Below, one piece after another: positions 27,001-39,080 of a DNA stretch of 64,000 bases (its first letter is position 1; each line of letters opens with the position of its first letter). Source of the stretch: Paragordius varius (Eukaryota > Animalia > Nematomorpha); the NCBI GenBank assembly GCA_964247055.1, contig OZ176051.1, positions 12,152,001 to 12,216,000 on the forward strand. Reading direction: 5' to 3'. The translations under genes were made by a program, and so were the position numbers. The notes under the pieces were generated by a model that saw only the letters and a list, made by a program, of their open reading frames with translations, ran no database searches and was not told the DNA's origin.

Positions 27001-28409
27001 AAACCGGTTTAATTTATTTGTATCTTCGATGGATAGGCTAGATATAATCGATTGTCAATCTTTAACAAAAGTATGTGATAGTGAGAAGCCTAATTTGACT
27101 TAAATCATGATGTTCGACAAAATTAAATAAAATATTTCAATATATGTAATCCAATTCAGTTGAATTAATGACGACAGCATCCAATTTATAAATTGTTTAT
27201 ATTAAATTAAGGCATGGAAAATATATTTAAACCCGATTTTTTCTAAACGCATATAAACTTATTTATATATGAAATCAGTTTTAAAATGGTTTTTAGAAAC
27301 GTTACAAATTATAACCAGGATATTTATAAATGGCGCCTTGAAAATAATATTTCTATAAAAATGGTTCCAACTCACCGATTGCTTTTATCTATGTATTAGT
27401 ATACTAAGCTTTTATTTAACTATAGAGAAATTAAATAATATATGGTTAATTCGTGATTAATGATATATAAATACTTACCGAAAAAGATAATTTATCAAAA
27501 GGATTATGTGGTGACTTACAGTAGCTAAGGTTAAAATGTTTGTTTGTTAATAAATAATTTTCTATATGTATGAGTGAATATACATTGCTAGTTTATGATA
27601 AAATATTCCCATATAGCACTTGCAAGAAAGAGTAATATGATGGCTTGATTGGTACAAATGAAAAAATATTTTTTTCGCATAATTATAAATGAAAAACTAG
27701 CCTTTTTATGGCTAAATAGCAATTATCATATTATGTGGAAGAAAATATATTCTTATAAATATTACTGAATTTGAAAAAAGTTATCCGTTCAAAGGCTTTA
27801 AATAATACTATTGAGCACAGGTTAGTTTTGATTTAAGAATATGGCATAGTAGCTAGGGACTGCGAAATTTTTCATAATCCTGTGTGTGTTAAAACCTCAA
27901 CTCCTAATATACAATTTTTATCCTTTCTCCCCAATACTAAAAGGAAAAAAGGCCTAACTGTATATTTCCATTAGATTATTTAAATGCTAGTTACAAACAT
28001 ATACATATAAATTTTGATTTCCTAATATGTTAATAATGCAGCTGCGATTGTAAGTATGTTTGATTGCTATCCTTCAACCACTCTAAGATCAATGATGGCA
28101 CACAATATCTTGAACGAAGACTTAGGTCAAGCATAAACTTATTTATTCTCTAGGGCCTTTATTTTTTTGTATGGTAAATGATATAACTGTTTTTATTTTG
28201 ATATTAAAAGTATTTTTCTATAATATGCAGGTAAATTATTCGCATTATTGGCTACTTTAGAGGGGATAGCAGCTATTTTGGGTTCACTGTTTTTTACTAA
28301 ACTTTATGCTATATCTTTAACGATAACACTTACCAACTATGTGCTTCAATATGTTAGTATCGGTTTAGTATATTACGTTGCGACTTTATTGTTGATTGGC
28401 GGTGTTTAA
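24099..28409 (+). CDS. SLC46/PCFT-like major facilitator superfamily transporter with an in-frame TAA at 24552-24554 (possible pseudogene, null allele or base error)
   Basis: Motifs IEPCFLIF, IGTWSD, ERTVRFAIFE, EFDTLYLY...DW, SDYGLAIVG, LRSMMAH...DLGKLFALLATLEG. Probable exons: 24099-25124, 25227-25269, 26741-26977, 28042-28125, 28231-28409. The 25125-25226 intron is tentative. Confidence 0.8.
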
Positions 28410-28689
28410 CCATTATTAAGGTAAATTAATTTTTAACTTACATTATTATGAAGATGCTTTACTTATAAAATTGGTTGAAATAATACACGGAATTTATCCA
28501 CTTAAAATATAAAAACGTAATTAAATTTACCATATACAATATTAATATACATTTAAGTAACCAATAAATATTTCATAATTTTTTGTTTAATATACGACCC
28601 AAAAATTTTATGGTTTTTAATTATGACTCTAGGCATATTTCAATGTCTTATATATTGCACTGCGTCCGAAACCGGCGGTATATAAATTA

Positions 28690-29770
28690 TCCTAATGAAT
28701 AAATATTAAAGGAGTATGTATCAGAATTATCATGATGCTTTTGGTTTTTGGCCCTTAGGAATGTTTAAAGAAACTTATCTTAACTTTTGTAGTAACTGTA
28801 CCGTATCAATGGCAAAATTTGCGTACTTATTTTTTATAAAATTGGTTAAAGCTGATAGCTTCATTCTAAAAATATCACTATAATATGTATCATAAACTAC
28901 ATATAAAAAGTAAAATATAATATTTAAAAATAATTTTTTTTGGATGTGGGCCCCGAAAGTCCCAAATTTTTTCTGTCTTCTAGGATGGGCCAGTCAAATA
29001 AACGTAAAAATACCGATATTACGTAATAAGGTTAAATATTGGCTAAATTTCGTCATATAAAAATTTCAAAAAATGGATACTTTTTTCACTAATTTATTTT
29101 TTAGCAAAATTTTTCATATTATTTCGAGGTCTTAACGGTATAAAAATGTTTTTAGTTTAGAGAAACACTTTATCTAAACAATTCGATGCTGTTTCATCGC
29201 ATTTTAATTCAAGGTTTGATTGCTTTCAAATTTCGTTGTGCTTTTACCAATAATTTATCAAGACGAAGGAAAATTTTAATCGAGGTAGGTGATTATGTTA
29301 AGCATCATCATATATGAAAAAAGTGTTTTTATAATATCTAAAAACGTTTTTATACCGGGAATAATGCTTCAAAATAGTAGAAAAATTTTGCTGATTTTTT
29401 GAAATAGGTATGCCATCTCTAGTTGATATCAAAAATTAATATATATGAAAATTTTTTATTCTGCAATCTCGGCATTTTTGCGTTGGTTCTAAAGAGCTAG
29501 CCCATTTTAAATCGGCGAAAAAATGTGAAACTTTTAAAACCTTTATTAAAATTTTATAATATTTGATTTTTATTGATATATTTGGAAGGAAGAGCTTTCA
29601 CCAAAAATGTTTCATTTAACAAAATACGTGTAAATTTGCCATTTTATGATATGGAGCACTTACCACAGTGTAAATAACTTTCTTAAATCACTCGTAAGAG
29701 TCAAAACCAAAAGCATCTTAGTATTTCGATACAGTTTTCTATCAAAATATACATATTTCATCAGGATAGT
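28690..29770. mobile_element. Degenerate foldback/large-TIR element (related arms at ~21440-21740 and ~58640-58810)
   Basis: 28734-28820 is a degenerate reverse complement of 29633-29717, and 29095-29155 pairs with 29340-29400. Boundaries are approximate. Confidence 0.6.
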
Positions 29771-30559
29771 TTTTGGTGGAACCTGTTATGTACCAGTTAA
29801 ATTTGTATCGAAGGTATCAATGGTACGGCTATTTCAAAATATCTGACTTTGAACAATATGGATATCTGGATAATTAGGGTTATATGCTAATATAAATTTT
29901 TTATAAACATTCAAATATGAAAAAATAGTTTGTTACAAAAATAGGTTTGTACAGCTATTACTGTTTCCAATTAAATTTTATACTAATAGTTATGCACAAA
30001 AATGGAAAACAATTGATCTTTAGCTTTGGCATTTATGATTACAATATTAATGATAAATGCTCAACCTTGAAATATACCTCATTGCGAAAATCACATATTT
30101 ACAAACTGATTATAATTATACATCTCATTGATTTTTATGTAAATCACATATTTTATGCTAGCTATTGTCTTTTACGTGTACTGGGAGCCGCAAATGTTTG
30201 GCACAGTGCATTATGTATTTATAAAATATTTAACAATTTCTGATTATTACTCATGTAAATATACATTTAACTAATTTTACCTGGGTAATATTTAATCGCA
30301 ATTCATAAAATGTACTTATTAGTTCAAATATACAATGCTTTTTGTGATCCGTTATCTTGTTTGGGAGAATATAAATCACATTTAAAGGGTTCATTTATCT
30401 GAACTTGGGTAAATAACCTGAAAACATAAAATTGGAAATGAAACGATTTTTTTAAGGGATTATTGCTCTAATATCTGCAAATTTGCCGGCCGCATACTTA
30501 AATTTAATGGTTCAAACATTTTCTAAATAAATAGGTCAAAAACTTGTAATGATGTATAC

Positions 30560-32210
30560 CTGGGCTTCTTAAACTATAAGTCGCGACCCCATTTGGGGTC
30601 GCCTAGCAAAATTATGGGGTCGAGAGTGATAAAAATACTAACAAAAAATGTTTTTAACTTGTAAAATTATTATTATAATAAAATAACAATCAACATAATT
30701 ATATTACAAATTCTTCTTGTTCGGAAGGATTGTTTATATTAGCATTTTTATTCCGAACATTATAATCTACATATTTATAAAAATGAAAAATGCTGGCTTT
30801 GTGATCTGTTTCCGGAAAACTGGTACACCCATTCAGATCCAAATGTCAAAAAATATAATCATTAATGAATGCCCCGCCAATTAATTCGCCCTTTTTTGAG
30901 GCTTCCAGTTCGGGCCCATCCCGTGTAAAAAGGGTTTTTTTGAAAACAGAAGTCCAGAAAAATCATGTCTTTGAGACAACTCCAGAAACGTGTTCTACCT
31001 TTCGATTTCAAATATGATTATTTTTACTTTTTTTCGATTGCGCTGAACCTAGTCGGCTTACTTTTTTAATTTAGGCTCTCTTTTTCGTTCTCCCCGTAAG
31101 CCATTTTTTTCAAAAATTTAAATGATTTTTTGCCCAGGGTGTGAGACCGTTAAAATTCATTGAGGATTTAAGTTTTTCTCTGTTAAAGGGCAAAAATTGC
31201 GTTTTTTTAATATGGCTGCTGGGTAAATAGATCGCTAAAACTGTGCAACTATATTGAAATTGCGTTGTTTTAAAGCTAATTTACAGAAATTTAATAAAGC
31301 CATATGAGCTCATTAAAAGCTCGAAATATTACGGCCTTTATGCACCCCATCATATAACGATTATTTAGTGTTGAGGTATTTTTCCGAGTAACCCATGAGA
31401 CGTGGTATCAAAGATGATTACAAATATTTGCCCTATAAAGGCAAAGAATTTATATCAGCGCTTTTTCCATATAGGTCTTAAGATGCGGTCTTCCGGTTCA
31501 AAACTGAGACGCCATACAAAATAGGCGTAGTTTTGGAGCTAATATTCAAAAATTAAAAAGCCATACGAGTTTAGTTAAAACATTTCTGGGGAATTTGTAA
31601 AATATCATTCTTTCCTTTAAAAAGGGACCACAAATGATTTACTTTTTATATCCGTAGATCCGAGCTGTATGAACATAAATTCAAATTAACACTCTTAACC
31701 ATGATTTAAAACGAAAATTTTAAAATAAATCCAATGATAGTTGAATATTAACTTTAATAAGGGACAGTTTAAATATGGTTAATTTTGAGTAATAAGGGAC
31801 AGTTTAAATATGGTTAATTTCGAGTAAAATATTTGGTCTTATGCAAAAACCCGTAAAAGAATAATTAAAAAAATTCCTTTTATTATGTTTATTATTTTTT
31901 TCCATTAACTCTATTTCTTGCAAATTATTAAAAATATTTTCAGTGAGACTACGCCACACCGAAGCGTGACAGGGCCTGTTAGTATCTTGTATAAATTTAC
32001 TATGAATCAGAAATGTTATAGAAATTTATAAAAAATGTAGATTTATTTTTGTCAATCTCTCGAAACCGAAATAATCCTGATAAAAATTAACAACAAAATT
32101 CTAAGTGTTATTTCGAAGAAACAATTATTTTTATTTTATATTTGTTGGGGTCCTTAAGAAACTCGCAATCATAAATGGGGTCGGGAACTACAAAAGTTTA
32201 AAAAGCCCTG
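30560..32210. mobile_element. Non-autonomous hAT-type element (1651 bp) with perfect 8-bp TSD ATGTATAC, inserted in the 3' part of Nup96
   Basis: TSD at 30552-30559 and 32211-32218. TIRs CTGGGCTTCTTAAACT...GCGACCCC versus GGGGTCGGGA...AGTTTAAAAAGCCCTG. No transposase ORF seen inside. Confidence 0.88.
31951..31983 (+). mobile_element. Possible Helitron-like 3' terminus nested in the hAT element
   Basis: GC-rich short hairpin-like CCACACCGAAGCGTG followed by GGCCTGTTAG|T, resembling hairpin + CTRR + T ends. The 5' end was not identified. Confidence 0.3.
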
Positions 32211-35200
32211 ATGTATACGAATTAAAAAATTAAAGATTTTTGTTGCTAAGGAATAGGATGGTTGCCCTTGCGTAAATCCTATTTGACAGCTCTTAAATAT
32301 AAACCTTTTAAAAGATTTGTATGTACCGCAATATTGATTCCGGTAATAATAAAATGCATAAGCTCCCCACACTTTTGTTAACTATAATTGATTCATAATT
32401 ATATTTCACCGGGTTTTGTTCGTTACGCTGTTGTTTCATTGAAAAAACAACTCCAAAAAGTGGTATATGATCATATTTATGACCTCCAAGAGATATGAAA
32501 AATTCTTGACTTATTTTAAGTGATATTCTTTTCCTGAAAACAATCAAAAAATATTCATACTAATTCCTCCAAATGAAAACCCTTATTAATTGCAATAATG
32601 CACATACCTTTTTATTAAATAGTACAGGGGTGTTCAACACAAATGGCTGCGCTTGCCGCGTTCGATTATATGGGAGTCAATAGATATTTCTGGCTATCAT
32701 ACACAAGACTGTAAAGAAATTACAATAAAAGTACTAATTATTTAAAGTTTTTTTGCTCTCATTGTCAAAACTTGAAAAGCCGCGTATTGATAAAATTTGC
32801 TTAAAAAATAATATGCGTAGATTTTGTGAAAAGCATTTTTTAAAAATATTAAATTTGTATTAGGTGTTTATTAATTCCTCGTGGGTCGCAAAATTATATG
32901 AAAGGGCCGCATGCGGCCTGTGTCTTAAACACCCCTGATCTGATTTAATTTAGTATTAAATGGGAAAACTATTTACTATAAGTATAAAAAAATATATCAT
33001 TTATTACAATTATGTATGATATCTTTTGTACACTTTATTAATTTCATCATAGTGTCGTACAAAACGTATATATGGTTGTTTTTGTAGAGTTTGTGTCGAT
33101 TTTTGCATATTTTATCGTCACTAATGGCATGTTTAGTGTTGGAATACCCAAACAATACATTGTCAAATAAATCAGCTGATTTAAGCTTTCGTGCAAGATA
33201 AGGCAGTGTGTACAATGTGACACAGTCTAATATCTTACACATTGATTTATATAACGAAGTAAAAATTTGTAATTTAACATCACGGTATTCGGGTTCTTTC
33301 GTATCGTCGTTCATCGATGAATATACAAGGCGTAAAATTATACCATGCAGATAAATTGTCAGGTAAAATCTATAAGAACATATATGGATATATATATGTA
33401 TATGAAATATTTTCATATTCATTTTTTGTAAAAAATTACGAGTTAGTGTAAGACAGTATGGTTAATGTATCGTTTTGAGTAAAATATTTGTCCTTATCAA
33501 GGGTTGGTCCATATTTATTAGAGTTGTACGATATACCATAAATTGATAAACATTTTTGCAGATGGTTAAGCAACGTTTCCAATAACACTAAAAGCAATAA
33601 AGTTTGATAATTTCATATATTCTTAAAAAGTGTTTCTTTCTATTATAATTTTTAAAATAAAAAATAATAATTATACCAGGATCCATCGTTTTTTCACACA
33701 TTAATTCCATTTTGCATTGCTGGTATAAGGTATAGAAACTTATGATATGATAACACGTATCTAATGGACTAATACGAACTAATTTTGCAAATTGTTCATT
33801 TTTCCTATTTTCTAAACCCGAAATTTTTAAAGCATCATTTTCATTGTTAAGCATATCATTTGAGGATGAAAATTTAAGAGAGTTGGCCTGATTTAATAAT
33901 CCCATAAAGCTATTATTATTAAACAAGTTTGAGTTGAATGATTTGTTAGTAATGGGTTGATTTACTAACTTGAAAGAACTTTCGATTTCTTCGGTTACAC
34001 CTTTAGCTTCTGAGCAACATACCAAAAAAGGCGTACAATCAGGCTCAGTTTTCTGACCCTAAGAAAGCATGATAATATAAATTGATAAATTAACGTTAAA
34101 TTTTCAACAAAAATGTAAATATTTATAATGTTAATCGACATACAGGAGCATAAAGTGTGGCGTAAGGATCAAGACCCAAAACGTTATTGTATTCCAAGAA
34201 AGCGAGACTCAATAAATCACTCGTTTCGCCTCCCGATGTATACAAATTTGAGCGTGATTGTTGAGTTTGTGATTGTCTTAACATGGTTAAACCTATGCTT
34301 TGGACCCAATTTAATTTATAGTAATCATAAATGTTTATGGGATTATTTTTTTCATCTTCCTCAATAGTTTGATGGCTGTCCTGGTGCGACAAATATTGTA
34401 GAAAAGATGTTTCAGGATCCAAAATATCCAGCAAATCACGATACTGACCCTTAAACTTTTTCCTGTGTGCGTTAAGATTATTTTTTCTAAAGCTTAAGTT
34501 TATCTCATTATCGGACATATTGTTTGCCATGATATTCGTTTTCGATGAGTATTCATTCTCTAACGAGGAATCATTAGATGATGATAAAATTACATTCGGT
34601 GCAAATTGCGTTTGACATAATAACAGGGCATTGCTTATAAATATTATATATGTAAAATTAATTACCAATAAAATTAACAAATATAAATTTCTTAAAAAAC
34701 ACAATTATCAAAAGCCTCTCATAATTCATAATTATTTATTAAAAAATCCTATATTACCGATAATTCCCTTCATTGCACAATGAATCACAAGCAGAGGCCA
34801 AGTTATAATCGGTAAAAAAGGATGTGGCAATTTTTTGGGGAAAATGCTTGTCATTCACCTTTTTAATAATTCTGTTTTGTCTTGATTGAGCATCATTTGT
34901 GCTATTGTATTGAGTTATCCAATGTAAAAACTTTAGAATGTGATTTTCATTTCGTAACGTAAATTCTACCGCATAAAAGCATATAAAATGGCTAATTACA
35001 ACTGATTAGAGAGAAATTAATATAAAAATTACCTTAAACATTATTTACATATAATTTATATTTTAACAGGACAAAAGAAGTTTTAATATTTTCTAAAAAA
35101 TTTCTGGTCTTTGACTTTTCACATATAAATTACATATTAAAATTGTGTGAAAATACGTGCACTATATACAATAATCGCACAAAATTATGGTTTATTATAA

Positions 35201-37695
35201 AAAAAATTTAAATTTGAGTTGTGCTTTTATATATACTTTTTACTCCACAAATTAAAAAAATAAAAAAAAAGTAAAACCATCAGTGGATGTATTGTTTTTT
35301 ACATTTTCCAAACTTTCCGTTTCATCCATACAATTAAATATGGTAGGTGAATTTTCATTATAAGATTTTTTCTCCGAGCGTTCAGAAAATAAAATTTTAC
35401 ACAGGGACCATATACGCATAAATGGCCTCGTTATATTATTATTATCGCACAAAAAGTTATCAAACATGAAAGCCATTTCAAAGCTCAATGCTAAGAATTT
35501 TTCAGTCTTTCCTTCATACAAGCAAATTAATAGTTGTTCATGAAGATTATTTTTTGTGAGCTGGTGTGTTATGACATCCAGATTTTGATTTTTAGTTATA
35601 TTTTGGTGACTTATTTCATACATCCATAATTGATTCGGTTTATTGGAAGTGGGAAATAGATTTCCACCCGGAAAAAATGATGTTTCAAATCGTGACGTTA
35701 AACACAGTTTAATACCGACTGTGGATTGACTTGCAGTGGTAAATATCCAAGCAGGCCTTGAACATTTTGGAAAAAATGGATTAAAGCGCTTTAACTTTGT
35801 TTTAGGGGATAATGTAACGCCGTGTACTAAAAAATCCTTATTTTTAGGCCCTTGGAAACAATAAATATCCTTAAGGGTAGCCAATGGTAAAACATAGTTA
35901 ATCGCATTAGATGAGGGTAAAATTATTTTTGGGCCTCCCTGTTTCACTGATGACCCGATCGTTGTTCCATTCAAATCTATGTGTGTATTAAAGTGCAAAA
36001 TGTAAGAAAAACATATATTTATATGGTAAAAATATTTTAAGTCGAAACTAAATATTATCTGTTAAATTAAAACAAATAATTATTTTAATTTTAAAAAAAT
36101 TCGCTTTAAAACCAAATTTAGACCCCTGTACCGTTTTAAAAAAGGTTTAAAATATTTTTCCGGATTTGGTAAGATAGTAAAGTTAACACCTAGTGCTATA
36201 AAAATAGGCAACAAAAGAGATTATTAACTCCTGACAAAAAGAGCTCATTAAATTTCTATTTTATTGTTTATACATTTAATAAATAATATTATAGTCATAA
36301 CCATAAAAAACATCATTAATTTTATAAAAAATAAATCAAAATAATCTAACCGTTTCATAATTTAGTTTAGTACTTCACCTTTTTACTTTTTAGGGTAATT
36401 TTATATCCCAGAGCTTATTGTAAATAAACTTCTGTTTTAAAAATTATTTTAATTAAAATTTTTCAAACATTGTTCTCATTCATTAGATTAAAATCTAATA
36501 TTTATTACAGTTTTGGGACTTCTACTGAAATTGAGACAGCTTCAAAAAACGATTGAAACAAACAGCTGTTATAAAATCAAAATACACATTTTGAAAGAAT
36601 TTAGCCTAAAAGCTTCAATTAATTATTTACATTTTCCAACCACAATATACATTTATTTGCCTGTTGCAGTAGCGATTTATAGATAAAAATTGCGTCAAAA
36701 AAATTTTAGATGAGGATTTATTTATAATTTTATAAATTTTTTTGTATAATACGCCTAAAAGGCTAAAGAAAGATATTTTAGAATTCGGCTTGATACCTTA
36801 AATACTTATTGTAATTTTATAAATCGCTCTGTGTAAAACTATCCTTAAAGGTAAAGTTAAGTATAGACTGCAATTAATTTAATATTGAACAGTTAACAAA
36901 TAGATTTTAATATGAAGAATAAAATTACCATATATTTAATTTACCTTCAGAAACGCTAGTATCCATATCATTAACCAAATGTTCATTCTTCTGTGGTAAA
37001 TTTGGCCAATCGCTTTTTTCTTTTTCATACTTTAAGCCAAATGCATATGGATCATAAGGTTCAAAGAAAGATTTTTTTAAGAGTTGTGTAGTTTGATTGG
37101 TGCAAAAACTTTTACTAAAAAAATCCATAGTAGAATCCTTTTTGTAAATTAAAGATGTATTATCATTCATTTTAGGTGATACATTAAAATCTGTGTTTAA
37201 ATCATTTACGTTGGTTGTTTCAGCTATTTTTTCAGCTCGATGACTTTGTAAACTTTTTCTTGCCTAAAATAATTTTTCATATAGACTAAAAAACCTGTGG
37301 TGATTCTAAAGGCTTGAGTTGCGAATTAGTTTCCTCTTCATCATCACTATCCTCGTCAAGCCTATAACGGGAAAAATGAGGGACCTTAAAATCATATAAA
37401 CACATTACCAAAAATTGTGAACCTTGAATTTTTAAACCCTTGAAAGGTTTATACTTTTGGGAGTTGCCTTTCTTTAATATACAATTGACATGTTTATCGG
37501 TATTTATATTAATGAGAGCGCATGTATGAAAATAGGGGGATAGATTATCTGATACATTAATTTCTCGATCTCCAATAATGACTAATGTAAAAATTTAATT
37601 TAACCATATTTTTTCAAATTCAAAGGCGTATCGCATGAACCATTTCTTACATAATGAATTTGCCCATCTTTATTCGCTAATACAAACTTTGGCAT
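32169..37695 (-). CDS. NUP96: Nup96 with a short N-terminal Nup98-type autoproteolytic (peptidase S59) leader and no FG/GLEBS region
   Basis: Exons 37695-37605, 37581-37295, 37263-36945, 35976-35278, 34965-34758, 34633-34144, 34058-33677, 33587-33440, 33369-~33020, ~32533-32410, 32381-~32169 (last junctions tentative). Motifs FKVPHFSRYRLDEDSDDEEE (cf. FKVSHFSKYGLQDSDEEE), FFPKCSRPAWIF (cf. FMGRSFRVGWGP), IWSLCKILF, ASACDSLCNEGNYRNALLLCQ (cf. SEACSLAQQSGDHRLALLLSQ). Confidence 0.85.
32625..32937. mobile_element. hAT/Charlie-like MITE in a Nup96 intron
   Basis: TIRs CAGGGGTGTTCAACACA / TGTCTTAAACACCCCTG (15/17) and an internal GGGCCGCATGCGGCC motif. TSD not recognisable. Confidence 0.75.
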
Positions 37696-37754
37696 GTTTA
37701 AAATTTGAACGATAGACGCATGGTATTTATATGAATGTATTATTATTATAAAAT
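37696..37754. promoter_or_regulatory. Putative 59-nt bidirectional promoter/5'UTR region between the Nup96 and METTL6-like start codons
   Basis: Minus-strand ATG at 37695-37693 and plus-strand ATG at 37755-37757. Promoter function is inferred from geometry only. Confidence 0.55.
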
Positions 37755-38740
37755 ATGTCTGATCCAAGGGACAAATTGATTGAACAAAAAATAAAAAATA
37801 AGAAAACAATGGCCCTCACCAATTGTCAAACATATTGGGATAAATTTTATTATCGAAATTCAGATCATTTTTTTAAAGATCGTTTTTGGGTTGAAAAAGA
37901 ATTCGATTTTGACGTAATTTTACCTTAAATTAAGGTTGATGGTGGTACTTTACTAGAAATCGGGTGTGGTGTCGGTAACTTGATTATTCCTTTATTGCAT
38001 AATATACCAAATTTGCATGTCATAGGCATGGATTTTTCTGAAAAGGCACTAAATATATTACAGGTTATTGCTGTTTTTATTTTTAGTCTAAATTAAAAGA
38101 ATTAAAATTATCCGATAGATGTGACCTACAATTATGTGACATTTCTTGTGATAAATTGGAAAACCTTCGCACTTATTTATCTAATACGAACCGTAAAATT
38201 AATTATGTATCCGCTATTTTTACTATGTCAGCTATTTCTCCGGAATATCATAAATTGATTGTATCCAAAATATATAGTGTAATATTTATTTTATTTAATA
38301 ATTAATATTTACCCAAAATATCCAAACAATAATCAATTTTTATATTTGGTAAACAGTTAATTGATGATAAAGCTTCCATATATTTTCGTGATTATGGGTA
38401 CCACGACCAAGCTCAAAAACGATTTGAAAAAACATCAACCATTAGCGAAATAAAAGAACGACAATATATGCGACAAGATGGAACTCTTTCTTATTTTTTT
38501 ACAACTTCCGAGGTTGATTCCATTTTTCAAGCTTTGCCTAAGAATTCAAATTCAGATCCGGCAAATAATTCATACGATAATACTAATGGCAATGTCTTTG
38601 TCAAAGATTCGAATTTTATTATAAATGGCAAATGTAAATACGTTCAACACGAGTTAACAAATGTAAAAGAAGGTATCTTTAATATACCACGAATATTTGT
38701 ACAAGCCAAGTATGAGGTTGTGCGCAAATACGATTCCTGA
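37755..38740 (+). CDS. METTL6: tRNA N3-methylcytidine methyltransferase, METTL6/METTL2 (Trm140) family, 287 aa
   Basis: Exons 37755-37913, 37935-38063, 38087-38278, 38357-38740. Motifs YWDKFYYRN...FFKDRFW..KEF, LLEIGCGVGN, DFSEKA, IFTMSAISP, FRDYGYHD, YMRQDGTLSYFF. METTL6 versus METTL2 cannot be settled by eye. Confidence 0.88.
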
Positions 38741-38814
38741 AATAAAATAATAAATAGTCAAATTTATTGATTTATATGCATTAAGATAATTAAAAACCAC
38801 TGAGATGTAAAATA

Positions 38815-39069
38815 ATATACCATTTACAGTCCAAATTCACTCTAAAATAAATTGGTGTTTTTTAGGATTAAAAATTAATTTTATTTTATTATATTTAATA
38901 TTAAATTCTGATTAAAATTAATATAATGCTGAAAAAATAATAAACTATGTCGTAAAAATATATTTCATATTATGATGAATTATATTATCCCGGAAACACA
39001 TATGAATTCGTTTTGTTCAAAAGTAAATTTGAATTGTTCGAGGGTGAATTTGAATTGTATATGATAAAT
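38815..39069. mobile_element. ATATACCATTT-family MITE, copy 3, between the convergent METTL6-like and POLR1D-like stop codons
   Basis: Intact left TIR ATATACCATTTACA, degenerate right TIR TGTATATGATAAAT, and the same GAATTGTTCGAGGGTGAATTTGAATTG subterminal repeat. Confidence 0.75.
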
Positions 39070-39080
39070 TTAGGCATTCA

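Noticed and set aside
31758-31827. 35-bp tandem duplication inside the hAT element
   Set aside because: An ordinary slippage duplication with no sign of function.
24552-32240. Stop-codon reassignment (TAA/TAG read as sense), suggested by in-frame stops in the SLC46-like gene and Nup96 remnants
   Set aside because: TAA is the normal terminator of the FIP, GPCR, POLR1D-like and ZNF genes, and thousands of codons in the intact genes need no readthrough.
37385-37408. Apparent 24-nt GT-AG intron in Nup96 exon 2
   Set aside because: It is a multiple of three with no stop, and retention gives QGSQFLVMCLYDFKVPHFS, which aligns better with human QGAQF...WVFKVSHFS. Treated as coding.
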